A stretch of DNA of 64,000 nt, from NCBI GenBank assembly GCA_013288325.1, contig JABDCB010000001.1, positions 44,287-108,286 of the forward strand, read 5' to 3'. Source of the DNA: Bacteroidota bacterium (GTDB lineage Bacteria; Bacteroidota; Bacteroidia; Palsa-965). Positions 1-9,491 of this stretch are shown piece by piece. The translations under genes were made by a program, and so were the position numbers. Below the pieces are notes generated by a model. It saw only the letters and a list, made by a program, of their open reading frames with translations. It was not told the DNA's origin and did no database searches. How positions within the stretch are numbered: the stretch's first letter is position 1; every line of letters starts with the position of its first letter.

Positions 1-41
1 AACCCTTATCCAAAGGGTGATCCGGTAAAATCAATTAGCAG

Positions 42-1256
42 ATGATAGGAAAACTGGAAGGTGAGGATATATTCAGAATATTATTTGAATCAGCGGGAGA
101 AGGTCTTATTCTGTCGGATGAAAGGGGCACTTTATTGGTGATGAATCCCCGGATACAGGAGATGTTTGGATATGAGAATGACGAGCTGATAGGTAAGAAA
201 GTAGAAGTACTGATTCCGGAATCACGCCGGGATCAACATATAGACCAACGGAATGGGTATGTGGCCCATCCTAAGAAACGTCCGATGGGTAAGGGAATTG
301 ATTTGTCGGGGAGACGCAAGGATGGAAGTGTTTTCCCGATTGAAATAAGTCTCAACTATTTTTATTCAGGAGGCGAAATGGTAGTGATGGGTCTGATTAC
401 CGATGTTACGGAAAGAAAGAGGATAGAAAAAAAGTTTCAGCAGCTGAATATTGATCTGGAGCAACGCGTGGATGATCGGACACAAATGCTGGCGGGAGCC
501 ATCAAAGAGCTTGAATATTCAAATCAAAGTCTGGAGAAAGCGGAAGAAGATTTGAGAAGAGCGCTGGAAACCGAGAAGGAACTGAGCGAGTTAAAATCAC
601 GCTTTGTATCCACGGCGTCACATGAATTCAGAACTCCCCTGGCCACTATTCTATCATCGGTTTCATTGATTGCGAAATACAATAAACCGGAAGATGAGGA
701 AAAGAGAGCCAAGCACATAGAGCGGATTAAGTCGAGCGTAGATAATCTGCGCGACATTCTGAATGATTTCCTTTCCCTGAGCCGTCTGGAGGAAGGAAAA
801 GTGGGAACCATCCGGGTACAATTTGATATTATTCCATTTTGCGAAGCAATCAGGGAGGAAATGCAGTTTCATACCAAACCCGGACAGGAAATACGATACG
901 AGCACCGGGGGGTAACCGAAATTACACAGGACAATCAGTTGTTAAAAAGCGTATTGGTTAATCTGCTTTCCAATGCGATTAAATTTTCGGAAGAGGGCAA
1001 GCCGATCTGTATGAAATCGGATTGTATAGGTGAAGAACTTAGGATACGAGTAATTGACCACGGGATCGGGATGCCGGTGGAAGATCAGAAACATTTATTT
1101 GAACGTTTTTTTCGCGCGGAAAACGCTGCATCTATTCAAGGTACCGGCTTAGGTTTGAATATAGTATTGAAGTATGTGGAGCTCATGGGAGGGAAAATCT
1201 CTTTCCAAAGCGAACTGGGTAAGGGATCGGTTTTTCAGATAACGTTTCCATTGTAG
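42..1256 (+). CDS. PAS-domain sensor histidine kinase
   Basis: N-terminal PAS/PAC (GRRKDGSVFPIEISL), H-box ASHEFRTPL, N-box NLLSNAIKFS, G1 DHGIGM, G2 GTGLGL; no TM segment. Confidence 0.93.
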   Translation: MIGKLEGEDIFRILFESAGEGLILSDERGTLLVMNPRIQEMFGYENDELIGKKVEVLIPESRRDQHIDQRNGYVAHPKKRPMGKGIDLSGRRKDGSVFPIEISLNYFYSGGEMVVMGLITDVTERKRIEKKFQQLNIDLEQRVDDRTQMLAGAIKELEYSNQSLEKAEEDLRRALETEKELSELKSRFVSTASHEFRTPLATILSSVSLIAKYNKPEDEEKRAKHIERIKSSVDNLRDILNDFLSLSRLEEGKVGTIRVQFDIIPFCEAIREEMQFHTKPGQEIRYEHRGVTEITQDNQLLKSVLVNLLSNAIKFSEEGKPICMKSDCIGEELRIRVIDHGIGMPVEDQKHLFERFFRAENAASIQGTGLGLNIVLKYVELMGGKISFQSELGKGSVFQITFPL

Positions 1257-1274
1257 TATAAAAAACAAAAAAGC

Positions 1275-2342
1275 ATGAATATGAACAAAACAATCTTGCT
1301 GATTGAGGATAATGCCTCTATGAGGGATAATACCAGAGAACTCCTGGAGCTTTCGGCATACAAAGTATATACTGCAGAAAACGGTAAGATTGGGGTTGAG
1401 CTTGCAAAAAAAGTGCATCCCGATCTGATCTTATGCGATATCAATATGCCCGAACTGGATGGGTATGGGGTACTTCATATTTTAGGAAAAAGTGAAGACA
1501 CAGCCGGCATCCCTTTTGTTTTCCTGACTGCAAGAGTGGAAAGAGTTGATTTCAGAAAAGGGATGACCCTGGGTGCTGATGACTACTTAACCAAACCGTT
1601 TGATGATGTTGAGTTGCTGGATGTGGTGGAGATGAGATTAAGAAAAGCGGATTTGTTTAAAAAAGAGATTGAGAAAGCCGATACAGGTTTTGATCGGTTC
1701 ATCAATGACGCAAAAGAAACCAATATGCTTAGTTCGTTTTCGAACGAACGGAGTTTAAAGAAACATAAAAAGAAAGAATCCATATTTACCGAAGGCAACT
1801 ATCCGGTTGGGTTATATCTCATCAGCAAAGGAAAGGTAAAGACCTACAAAACCAATGAAGCGGGTAAGGAGCTTATTACCGGAATTTATAAAGAAGGAGA
1901 TTTTGTAGGGTATGTTCCATTGCTGGAAGATACAACCTATACAGAATCGGCAGAGGCTTTGGAGGAGGCGGAGATTTACATGATACCCAAACAGGATTTC
2001 TTTTCCCTTATTTACAATAGCAGGGAAGTGTCGCGCAAGTTTATCCAGCTTCTTTCCAATAACCTTTCCGAAAGGGAAGACAGGCTTATTAAACTGGCTT
2101 ATAACTCGGTCAGGAAGCGTGTTGCCGAATCCCTCGTTATGTTACAGCATCAATACCAACAGGATAAATCAGGCAAAACGTCCATTCCTATTTCCAGAGA
2201 AGATTTAGCAGGAATTGTTGGAACAGCAACAGAATCGGTTATCAGAACATTGGGCGATTTTAAAGAAGAAGGGTTAATAGAAATAAAGAAGGGAGATATT
2301 TTCGTACTTAGCCTGGAAAAACTGAAGGAGCTTAAAAACTAA
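1275..2342 (+). CDS. Response regulator with receiver + cNMP-binding + Crp/Fnr HTH domains
   Basis: REC motifs LLIEDN, DLILCDINMP, KPF; Crp-type beta-barrel; C-terminal HTH SREDLAGIVGTATESVIRTL; directly follows the kinase. Confidence 0.92.
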   Translation: MNMNKTILLIEDNASMRDNTRELLELSAYKVYTAENGKIGVELAKKVHPDLILCDINMPELDGYGVLHILGKSEDTAGIPFVFLTARVERVDFRKGMTLGADDYLTKPFDDVELLDVVEMRLRKADLFKKEIEKADTGFDRFINDAKETNMLSSFSNERSLKKHKKKESIFTEGNYPVGLYLISKGKVKTYKTNEAGKELITGIYKEGDFVGYVPLLEDTTYTESAEALEEAEIYMIPKQDFFSLIYNSREVSRKFIQLLSNNLSEREDRLIKLAYNSVRKRVAESLVMLQHQYQQDKSGKTSIPISREDLAGIVGTATESVIRTLGDFKEEGLIEIKKGDIFVLSLEKLKELKN

Positions 2343-2375
2343 GCATCTGTGTAATAAGGTCGATCAGGAATAAAC

Positions 2376-2398
2376 AAAAGGCCCGGTCAGGGCCTTTT
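2376..2398. terminator. Probable bidirectional intrinsic terminator
   Basis: AAAAGGCCC-ggtca-GGGCCTTTT perfect 9-bp stem, 34 bp after the regulator stop. Confidence 0.6.
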
Positions 2399-2503
2399 GA
2401 ATTGTTCGTAACAGGTAAACAGAATTGCAGCCAGGGCCATCAACCATAATGCATTATTGAAAAGCCATGCGGGGAGAGATTTCGTGCGTGTCTTGTGTTT
2501 CAT
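2387..2503 (-). CDS. Possible 38-aa small membrane protein (MKHKTRTKSLPAWLFNNALWLMALAAILFTCYEQFKRP)
   Basis: ATG at 2503, basic N-terminus then one hydrophobic helix; short, so it may be spurious. Confidence 0.3.
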   Translation of the reverse strand: MKHKTRTKSLPAWLFNNALWLMALAAILFTCYEQFKRP

Positions 2504-2640
2504 GCCAAATGTATTATAGGTAATGCAAAGGAAAGGACGATACGTGCTATAAACAATGACTTTCATCACCCATGGACTCTTACACGCAATCCATTTGCAC
2601 ATATTTTATCTGTATGCGTAAAAGGAGCGTTTCATTATGT

Positions 2641-3005
2641 GCTTGCCCCTATTTTATGTGCTCATAAAAGGTATGCATTCGTGCTTGAATCTATTTTATG
2701 TGCTCATAAAACGTATTTATTCATTCTTATATCTATTTTATGTGCTCATAAAATGTATTTATTTACGCTTGAATCTATTTTATGTACTCATAAAAAGTAT
2801 TTATTCATGCTTATACCTGTTTTATGTGCTCATAAAATGTATTTATTCATGCTTGTACTCATTTTATGTGCTCATAAAACGTATTTATTCATCCTTGCAC
2901 CTATTTTATGTGCTCATAAAATATATTTATTCATGCTTGTACTCATTTTATGTGCTCATAAAGTGTTCCCGTTCACGCATGCAGTGTCTCCCTTCACTCA
3001 TAAAG
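2641..3005. repeat. 42-bp tandem array with an 18-bp near-palindrome TTTTATGTGCTCATAAAA, 8 copies plus degenerate flanks
   Basis: Unit starts at 2651, 2693, 2735, 2777, 2819, 2861, 2903, 2945 (exact 42-bp spacing); a degenerate 21-bp period continues to ~3150. Confidence 0.95.
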
Positions 3006-3243
3006 TGTTTCCGTCTATTCATGCAAGGACCCCAAGCATCTTGGCCGAATATCCTATTGTTGATGCAGGATATAAGCTTACGTTTTAAGCAGGTCCATAT
3101 GTGTTTGGAGTACGTCCGTTCAACTTTAGACCACCTCCGAGTCTTTAATATTAAGTTAACATTGGGTTTTCACCTTTTCCTGTTATAAAAATTGTCGTAT
3201 CTTGATAACTTGATTTTCTTTATTCAACAGCATCAATCCTTTT

Positions 3244-3711
3244 ATGGCTCACGTTTTTGTCCGATTTTTTATCGTAATGACCCTATTAGCGGGTGTTTCC
3301 TGTCTTTCAGAGAAACCACACCAGACACAAGCGGTGAAGGCTCAGCCTTTTAACTTTGTCCTTAACAGGATGGACACTACTTGTTTTACGGTAGCAGAAG
3401 CAGAAAAGCTAAGAGGAGGAAAGAGCTATGTAACCATAGCTTTTGATGAAATGATTCTGGATACTGTTTCACATTGTCTGGGTTTGTATCGGTATGGCTT
3501 GAGTGAAAAACCGGCCTGGCCGGCAGCACATGGTATCAAGTGTTATGCACTTAAGTTCAGAGACAAGATTGAAATAGCAGAACAACAACCAAACCGGGTT
3601 GTCATCCTCGACGATTTTTTTGCTCAATACGGGAAGATGTTTACCGAACAACAGCAAAAAGATATCCGTGCAAAATTCATGTCAGATTGCACGTTAGTAC
3701 AGGGAGAGTAA
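3244..3711 (+). CDS. Hypothetical lipoprotein
   Basis: Hydrophobic signal ending LAGVSC (lipobox-like); 155 aa. Confidence 0.65.
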   Translation: MAHVFVRFFIVMTLLAGVSCLSEKPHQTQAVKAQPFNFVLNRMDTTCFTVAEAEKLRGGKSYVTIAFDEMILDTVSHCLGLYRYGLSEKPAWPAAHGIKCYALKFRDKIEIAEQQPNRVVILDDFFAQYGKMFTEQQQKDIRAKFMSDCTLVQGE

Positions 3712-3719
3712 AAATCCTG

Positions 3720-5714
3720 CTATTTAGGTTCCACACCCAATTTGCTAATTACCAGCCTGTCCAGTTCAATGGCTCCCTTTGCATTACAAAGTTTAACACC
3801 TTCGGGATAAAAGGAGGATTCCAGTTTGTACCACGACCATTGTGTAGTATCAGGCAGCGCAACACGTTTAGTTTCTCCCTTAGCCTTCATGGATTGCACC
3901 GTAAGTGTTCCTTTTCCTTTATACCTGATCCAGAGAAAACGTTTTTCAGGAACAGAGTCACGGATAACACAGCGATATTCATATTCCTTATTTTCCAGCA
4001 TGTTTAAGGAAGTGGTATAGTTTTTATAATCGCCTTCGGCACCTGTATGAACGGTAGTTAACTCAGCGTTTGAAATATCAGAGTCACCCACTTCGGCTTC
4101 GAAATTGAAATCGTCGGACCAATAATCGGGATGAGCATTTTCATGCCATTTGTCGAGCTGATAAAATAGGGTTTTCCCATCCGTTGTTTTCTCATACACA
4201 TAAACACTTCCCTGTCTGCGTATTTCAAAGGATAGTTCCTTTCCGTCCAGCTGAATGGTTACATTCCTCTTTTCAGGAATTTCGGCTGCATCATTGGAGA
4301 AGGGTTGATAGGTGCCGCAGATAATGTATTTATCTTTTTTATTGTGTTTTCGTACGGCGATTAATACATGAGGATCTTCCGTACTCCAGGTAATACGGGG
4401 TGTTCCGTCTTTTTCAAACAACACATTCCCATTTCGCAATACATCTTCAAACCGGCTGGTGATTGCTTGTGCATACGCTGGCATAGCAGCCTGCCATACA
4501 TATTGAGAGGGGTTGGTAAACGGAGCCCCCAGATTGAAATAGCCTACATAATAGTATTCTGCTCCTATAACGGAAAGACATTTGAGTAAGCCAAGCCATT
4601 GACCGGGACGTATATCATCTTCCGGATTGCTCGACCAGCCTGCAGCTACAAAGGGACTGAACAGATAGTCCCCGTCTTTAATTTCCACCTTTCTTCCTAT
4701 ATCAATCCATCTCCATCCATGCCAGGGGCCGCTCCAGTCTTTCCAGTTTTTAGGCCAGCGAGGATAAAAATCGGGAGTGGAATAGTAGATACCATTCACC
4801 GGCGTCTGGCATTTTTTCATGATAGACCATTTGAAGCAATTTATAGGCCCTCCTTCCGTACCGTATAAACTATAGCGTGTATTTTTCAGCTCCGGCAATG
4901 TTTTCATAAATGCCGCAGCATACACATTACGCATGTGTAATTTGCGGATTGCCATAAAATCTTCCCAGGAATCTATTTTCATAGAATCTTTCATACGGAT
5001 CATAATAGGATCTTTTTTAAGATATGGAAGCTGATAGGGTCCCGGAGGTTCTTCCCCATCTTCATTGATAACATCAACGGGGCGGGTGAGCCATTTAAGT
5101 AAGCGGGAAATATGATATTTGGTTACAGCACCGTCAATCCGGATCAGGGAATCGGGGAAGTTGAATTTAATTTGCTTCAGATCATTGCCGTAAAAATTAA
5201 AGGTAGCCGACCAGGCGGGGTTGAGATCTGTATTCTGAACCATAGCCTTGGTATATGGATAACCAATGAGATTAGGTTCTGAGAACAGCCAGGAAGTAAT
5301 GAAATGAAGCGGTATTTCGGGATGTTCATTAGCCAGTTGAACATATGGAGGGCAATGCCCTTCTCCTGTAATATTAAATGCAAAATCGATATTCGGAATA
5401 ACAATACCATAATGCCAGTGGAGGCAAAGTTCCTGCTGAACAAACTCTGACCGTTTTACAGCATCATCCCTTTCTACTCCAGGTTGCCCACCTTCTCCCA
5501 TATAAAAAGGATCCATCCAATTGAACAGATAACTGAGTGTATGTCCGGGACGGTAACGGGGCAGGGGATATTTTTTCAGCTGATCTAGCCCCCGTAAAGT
5601 GGGATTTTCCATCCCTTTTGGATACTGTTTGGGATCTTTTTGCGGTGGAGAGCTTTGAAAATAGAAAAGGGAAATAAAACAGAAAAGAAAGGCTTTAGAG
5701 AAAAGTAATTTCAT
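3720..5714 (-). CDS. Hypothetical exported protein (664 aa)
   Basis: Long ORF with signal peptide, W/Y-rich; no family recognised. Confidence 0.8.
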   Translation of the reverse strand: MKLLFSKAFLFCFISLFYFQSSPPQKDPKQYPKGMENPTLRGLDQLKKYPLPRYRPGHTLSYLFNWMDPFYMGEGGQPGVERDDAVKRSEFVQQELCLHWHYGIVIPNIDFAFNITGEGHCPPYVQLANEHPEIPLHFITSWLFSEPNLIGYPYTKAMVQNTDLNPAWSATFNFYGNDLKQIKFNFPDSLIRIDGAVTKYHISRLLKWLTRPVDVINEDGEEPPGPYQLPYLKKDPIMIRMKDSMKIDSWEDFMAIRKLHMRNVYAAAFMKTLPELKNTRYSLYGTEGGPINCFKWSIMKKCQTPVNGIYYSTPDFYPRWPKNWKDWSGPWHGWRWIDIGRKVEIKDGDYLFSPFVAAGWSSNPEDDIRPGQWLGLLKCLSVIGAEYYYVGYFNLGAPFTNPSQYVWQAAMPAYAQAITSRFEDVLRNGNVLFEKDGTPRITWSTEDPHVLIAVRKHNKKDKYIICGTYQPFSNDAAEIPEKRNVTIQLDGKELSFEIRRQGSVYVYEKTTDGKTLFYQLDKWHENAHPDYWSDDFNFEAEVGDSDISNAELTTVHTGAEGDYKNYTTSLNMLENKEYEYRCVIRDSVPEKRFLWIRYKGKGTLTVQSMKAKGETKRVALPDTTQWSWYKLESSFYPEGVKLCNAKGAIELDRLVISKLGVEPK

Positions 5715-5740
5715 GTACTAAAGTTACTAAAAATGGAGAC

Positions 5741-5775
5741 CTGCTCAATATCAGGAAGAAGATGATGTAAATCAT
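5741..5775 (+). promoter_or_regulatory. Tandem FNR-like boxes (TGAT-N4-ATCA) upstream of the SDR
   Basis: ATGAT-gtaa-ATCAT at 5762-5775 and CTGCT-caat-ATCAG at 5741-5754, 21 bp apart. Confidence 0.55.
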
Positions 5776-5859
5776 TGATGAAGGGTGAGAGGCAATCTAC
5801 TTTTAGCTCATCATGCGTTAGGGAAAGAAACAATCAATCAATCAACAAAACCATAAACC

Positions 5860-6612
5860 ATGAACAGATTAAAAGACAAAGTAGTTATTATTACCGGCGG
5901 AGCCGGTGGTATGGGAAAAGCAGAAGCTATATTATTTGCGCAGGAAGGCGCGCATGTGCTGGTAACCGACAACCAGTTTCAAAAAATGGATGAATGGGTA
6001 CAGAAAGCATCGGATGAAAATTTAAAAATTGCATGTATTGCACATGATGTAACTTCGGAAGATGACTGGAAAAAGGTGGCCGAGAAAGCGATAGAGCTGT
6101 ACGGAAAAATAAGCATTCTGGTAAACAATGCTGGGGTGTATCCGGCCGGAAAAACGACCGATAATACGGAGAAGAAAGAATGGGAAAAAGTAATCGCCAT
6201 TAATCTGACCGGACCTTTTCTGGGTGCCAGGGCTGTGATTCCATACATGAAGAAAAACAAACAGGGTGTAATTGTTAATGTTTCTTCCATTGCCGGAATG
6301 GTAGGCGGGAATGGCCCTGCATACAGCGCTTCCAAAGGCGGGCTGAGATTGCTTACCAAAGATCTGGCTCTGGAATATGCCAAAGACAATATCCGTGTCA
6401 ACTCCCTTCATCCCGGAGGTGTACTTACACCTATGACGGAAGGAATGTTAAACATGCCCGAAGCAAAGGAAATGATAAAAGGTATGTGTCCTCAGGGGCG
6501 TATGGCCGAGCCCATGGAACTGGCTTATGCTGCTTTGTACCTGGCTTCGCCCGAGTCATCATTCATGACCGGATCGGAACTGGTAGTGGATGGAGGAATG
6601 ATTGCACGCTGA
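5860..6612 (+). CDS. Classical short-chain dehydrogenase/reductase
   Basis: TGGAGGMG, NNAG, YSASK catalytic motif, C-terminal VDGG. Confidence 0.95.
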   Translation: MNRLKDKVVIITGGAGGMGKAEAILFAQEGAHVLVTDNQFQKMDEWVQKASDENLKIACIAHDVTSEDDWKKVAEKAIELYGKISILVNNAGVYPAGKTTDNTEKKEWEKVIAINLTGPFLGARAVIPYMKKNKQGVIVNVSSIAGMVGGNGPAYSASKGGLRLLTKDLALEYAKDNIRVNSLHPGGVLTPMTEGMLNMPEAKEMIKGMCPQGRMAEPMELAYAALYLASPESSFMTGSELVVDGGMIAR

Positions 6613-6614
6613 TA

Positions 6615-9095
6615 TCAAAAGAATCCTCCGTCATCACCCTGCTGCTGTTGCTGAGGTTTGCGTTTGAAGATGGAAGCATCGGCTTTTCCGAAACGCATGG
6701 TGACGGTAAATTTCACGTAGCGAATTTCCCTGCGTGTTACCAGTTCCTGGGTATACTGATCGGTTATCAGATTAGTACCTCTGCTCTTGGTATTGAATAT
6801 ATCGCTCACACTCAGCGTGAAAATGAGGAACTTCTTGATGTCCTTGCTCAAACCGCAATCAGCAAAATACAAGGCGGTGGTAGTTCCCTGTGGAATAACT
6901 TTCGGACTCTCGTAACTGCCCGACAACTGGAAGTTAAAGCTCTTGGGGAAATGGTAAACGAAGTTCAGTTTGGTGGTATAATTAGAACCCTGATTACTTA
7001 CACTGGTGCCTTCATACGAAGCGTCGATAACCGTATAAAACAGATTCACGTTCCAGGTAGCTTCCAGATTCTTAACCAGCTCATACTTCAGGGTAAAATC
7101 GACTCCTGCCGTATTGCTTTGTTTGCCATTGATAGTGGTGGTGATTAATACCGTCGGATCAGTTAGCGAAGGATAGCTGTAAGGTGTAAGCGGATTCATG
7201 GTATTGCGGTAGAACAGAGTAAAGAGAAAATTACCTTTGTTAAGCTGCTGGCTGAAGTTAGCTTCGGCCAGGGTAATAAACTCCGGAGTCAGATTCGGAT
7301 TTCCTATGGTATAGTTTGATTTGTCGCTGAACATAATAAAAGGCATCATTTGCCTGTAGTTGGGGCGGTTCAGTTTGCGTGATACATTGAACTGCCATTG
7401 CTGTTTGCTGTTCAGCGTTTTGCTGATAAACAAACTGGGGAAGAGGGAATTCATGATATTATCTGTAGAGCTCGGGTATTCATACGTGAACGTCGCATTT
7501 TTATCCGTCAGTATTCCCTGATAATAAGAATCTTCAAAGCGCATACCCAGCATAAAATCGAGTCGTTTCCAGCGTGTGCTGTAGTTGATATAGGCGGCAT
7601 TTACCAGATCTTTTATTTTGTAGTGCGAAGTAAGAAAAGTATCGAGCGCATATACTCCGGTGTTATAATTAAGTTCGCTCACATCCAGATAAGACAAGGA
7701 AGGACGGTAGTTGGAACGCACACCCAGCTCCAGTTTTGTACTGTCATTGATAGGATTTACATAATCGGCCTGAAAGGTATACATCTGACTGATATTACTT
7801 CCGTTGTTTACCTGCAAGGCCGGATTAGGCTGGCCGGGAAGGGCATTGCCCCACTGATCTAAGGAGGTGGTACTGTAATTGCTCGGGCTGAGTGCAGTAA
7901 GCGTGTTGTAATCAATATCGGCCGTCAGTTCCTGTCCTTTTTTAGGGAATGTTTTTTTGTAGAGAAGTTTAGTAGTGTAGTTTTGAAATTGAGTATGTGT
8001 ATAAGCGGTACGATATCCACTACCTAATGAAGCACCATTCTGATCCAGATAATTAAAGGTTTGATTGTCGTGTGTGAGAAAATCGCCGGCTACGATATTC
8101 TGAGAAAGAGTGAGTGTATTACGATTGTTGAGTGCATAGTCAACCGCAATACTTCCCATCTGAAAAGTATGTTTGAAATTGGTATTGTCACTTGAATTCA
8201 GATAGCCGGTAGTTTCTCCGTTTAGCAGAGAAGTCCTGTTGGTATAGCCGTGAACCGGATTATCGGAAGAGTTGTAATTATAAACAATGGCAAGACCCCA
8301 GGGTTTCTGACGGATGTTAAGCGCAAATGTTCCGTTGTAGCGATCGTTGGTACCTACTCCTGCTGTAAGTATTCCATTGTAACCCGGTTTGGAATTGGTT
8401 TTCATTACAATATTGATGATACCACCGGTGGCGCTGGCTTCAAATTTAGCAGAGGGGTTGGTAATCACTTCAACGCGGTCTATCTGATCGGAAGGAATCT
8501 GATCCAGGGTCAGCGTGGTGGGGCGTCCGTCAATATAAATGGTTGCCGGATTTTGACGAAGCTGTGCATTCCCGTTATCATCCAATGTAACGGAAGGAAT
8601 GTTTTTCATGACATCCATGGCCGTACCGCCTTTGGATGTGATGTCTTTATCCACGTTAAACACTTTACGGTCTATGCTCATTTCGGATGCACTTTTCTCC
8701 GCATCTATCTCCACAGTTTTCAGCAGTTTATCATCGGCACCTAAGGTAAGATTACCGAGATCCTGTTCCAGGTTCTGCATATTGATCACCACCGGTTTCT
8801 GAATTGTTTTATAACCCAGGAAGGTAACTTTCACGGTGAATTTTCCTACGGGCAGGTTATCGAGACTGAAATCACCGTTATCTTTTGTAAAGTTTCCGGC
8901 AATAACACTGTCGCCTTTCAGCAGAATAACAGAAGCATAGGATACAGGAGCTTTGGAACCATCTACAATTTTGCCATAGAGTCGCCCAATGTTTGGCATT
9001 TTGAATTTGGAACCTGCTGCCGGAGCACCATTGTTTTGAGCCGACATGCCGATGCTTAATGCCAGCATCAGGAAAGCCACGATATTGATCTTCAT
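6615..9095 (-). CDS. TonB-dependent receptor / outer-membrane beta-barrel with N-terminal CarboxypepD_reg-like domain
   Basis: Signal peptide; plug motif IDRVEVITNPSAKFEASATGGIINIV; GNPNLTPE; beta-strand-rich C-terminus. Confidence 0.88.
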   Translation of the reverse strand: MKINIVAFLMLALSIGMSAQNNGAPAAGSKFKMPNIGRLYGKIVDGSKAPVSYASVILLKGDSVIAGNFTKDNGDFSLDNLPVGKFTVKVTFLGYKTIQKPVVINMQNLEQDLGNLTLGADDKLLKTVEIDAEKSASEMSIDRKVFNVDKDITSKGGTAMDVMKNIPSVTLDDNGNAQLRQNPATIYIDGRPTTLTLDQIPSDQIDRVEVITNPSAKFEASATGGIINIVMKTNSKPGYNGILTAGVGTNDRYNGTFALNIRQKPWGLAIVYNYNSSDNPVHGYTNRTSLLNGETTGYLNSSDNTNFKHTFQMGSIAVDYALNNRNTLTLSQNIVAGDFLTHDNQTFNYLDQNGASLGSGYRTAYTHTQFQNYTTKLLYKKTFPKKGQELTADIDYNTLTALSPSNYSTTSLDQWGNALPGQPNPALQVNNGSNISQMYTFQADYVNPINDSTKLELGVRSNYRPSLSYLDVSELNYNTGVYALDTFLTSHYKIKDLVNAAYINYSTRWKRLDFMLGMRFEDSYYQGILTDKNATFTYEYPSSTDNIMNSLFPSLFISKTLNSKQQWQFNVSRKLNRPNYRQMMPFIMFSDKSNYTIGNPNLTPEFITLAEANFSQQLNKGNFLFTLFYRNTMNPLTPYSYPSLTDPTVLITTTINGKQSNTAGVDFTLKYELVKNLEATWNVNLFYTVIDASYEGTSVSNQGSNYTTKLNFVYHFPKSFNFQLSGSYESPKVIPQGTTTALYFADCGLSKDIKKFLIFTLSVSDIFNTKSRGTNLITDQYTQELVTRREIRYVKFTVTMRFGKADASIFKRKPQQQQQGDDGGFF

Positions 9096-9291
9096 ATACT
9101 TTGCTTTTGGAAACGCGAAGGTATCTACTATTCATGAATCGTACTTTAACGAATGAAGAGATTAACCTAAAAAATGTTAAAGAAGGGCCTGAAGAGGAGG
9201 GTAAGTGCTTGACAGTGATGAGCCTACCGGGCTAAAAATGAAACAACAATCTTGTATAAAAAGGTCTTTACGGGTTTTGAATATATGTAAG

Positions 9292-9312
9292 TTTGCAGGT
9301 ATGAACAGGCCG
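9292..9312 (+). repeat. Direct repeat copy 1 (duplicated idi promoter/start)
   Basis: TTTGCAGGTATGAACAGGCCG, 20/21 identical to 10224-10244. Confidence 0.8.
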
Positions 9313-9327
9313 ACCGGGTGTAATTAC

Positions 9328-9480
9328 TTAAGCAGCCGCTTTGCGGTGTTTCGCTTTTTTGGCTTTATCCCTGCGCCTTACCTCTTCCATAAATTTGCCG
9401 AACTCCTTTTTCTCTTTGTCAGTTAATTTGACTTGTTTTACATACAGGTCAATTTCCCGTGGTTCTGGTTTCAATTTCAT
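9328..9480 (-). CDS. 50-aa basic small protein, putative antitoxin/partner (not in the ORF track)
   Basis: Translated by hand: MKLKPEPREIDLYVKQVKLTDKEKKEFGKFMEEVRRRDKAKKAKHRKAAA; starts 11 bp after the upstream gene stop. Confidence 0.7.
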   Translation of the reverse strand: MKLKPEPREIDLYVKQVKLTDKEKKEFGKFMEEVRRRDKAKKAKHRKAAA

Positions 9481-9491
9481 TTTTTATAGCT

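Noticed and set aside
2641-3005. CRISPR array
   Set aside because: The palindromic unit is only 18 bp, the 24-bp linkers are homologous to one another, and no cas genes are adjacent.
2495-3188. 197-aa and 183-aa ORFs over the repeat
   Set aside because: Two overlapping frames are open only because the stop-free unit repeats; the composition is implausible and the starts are non-ATG or weak.
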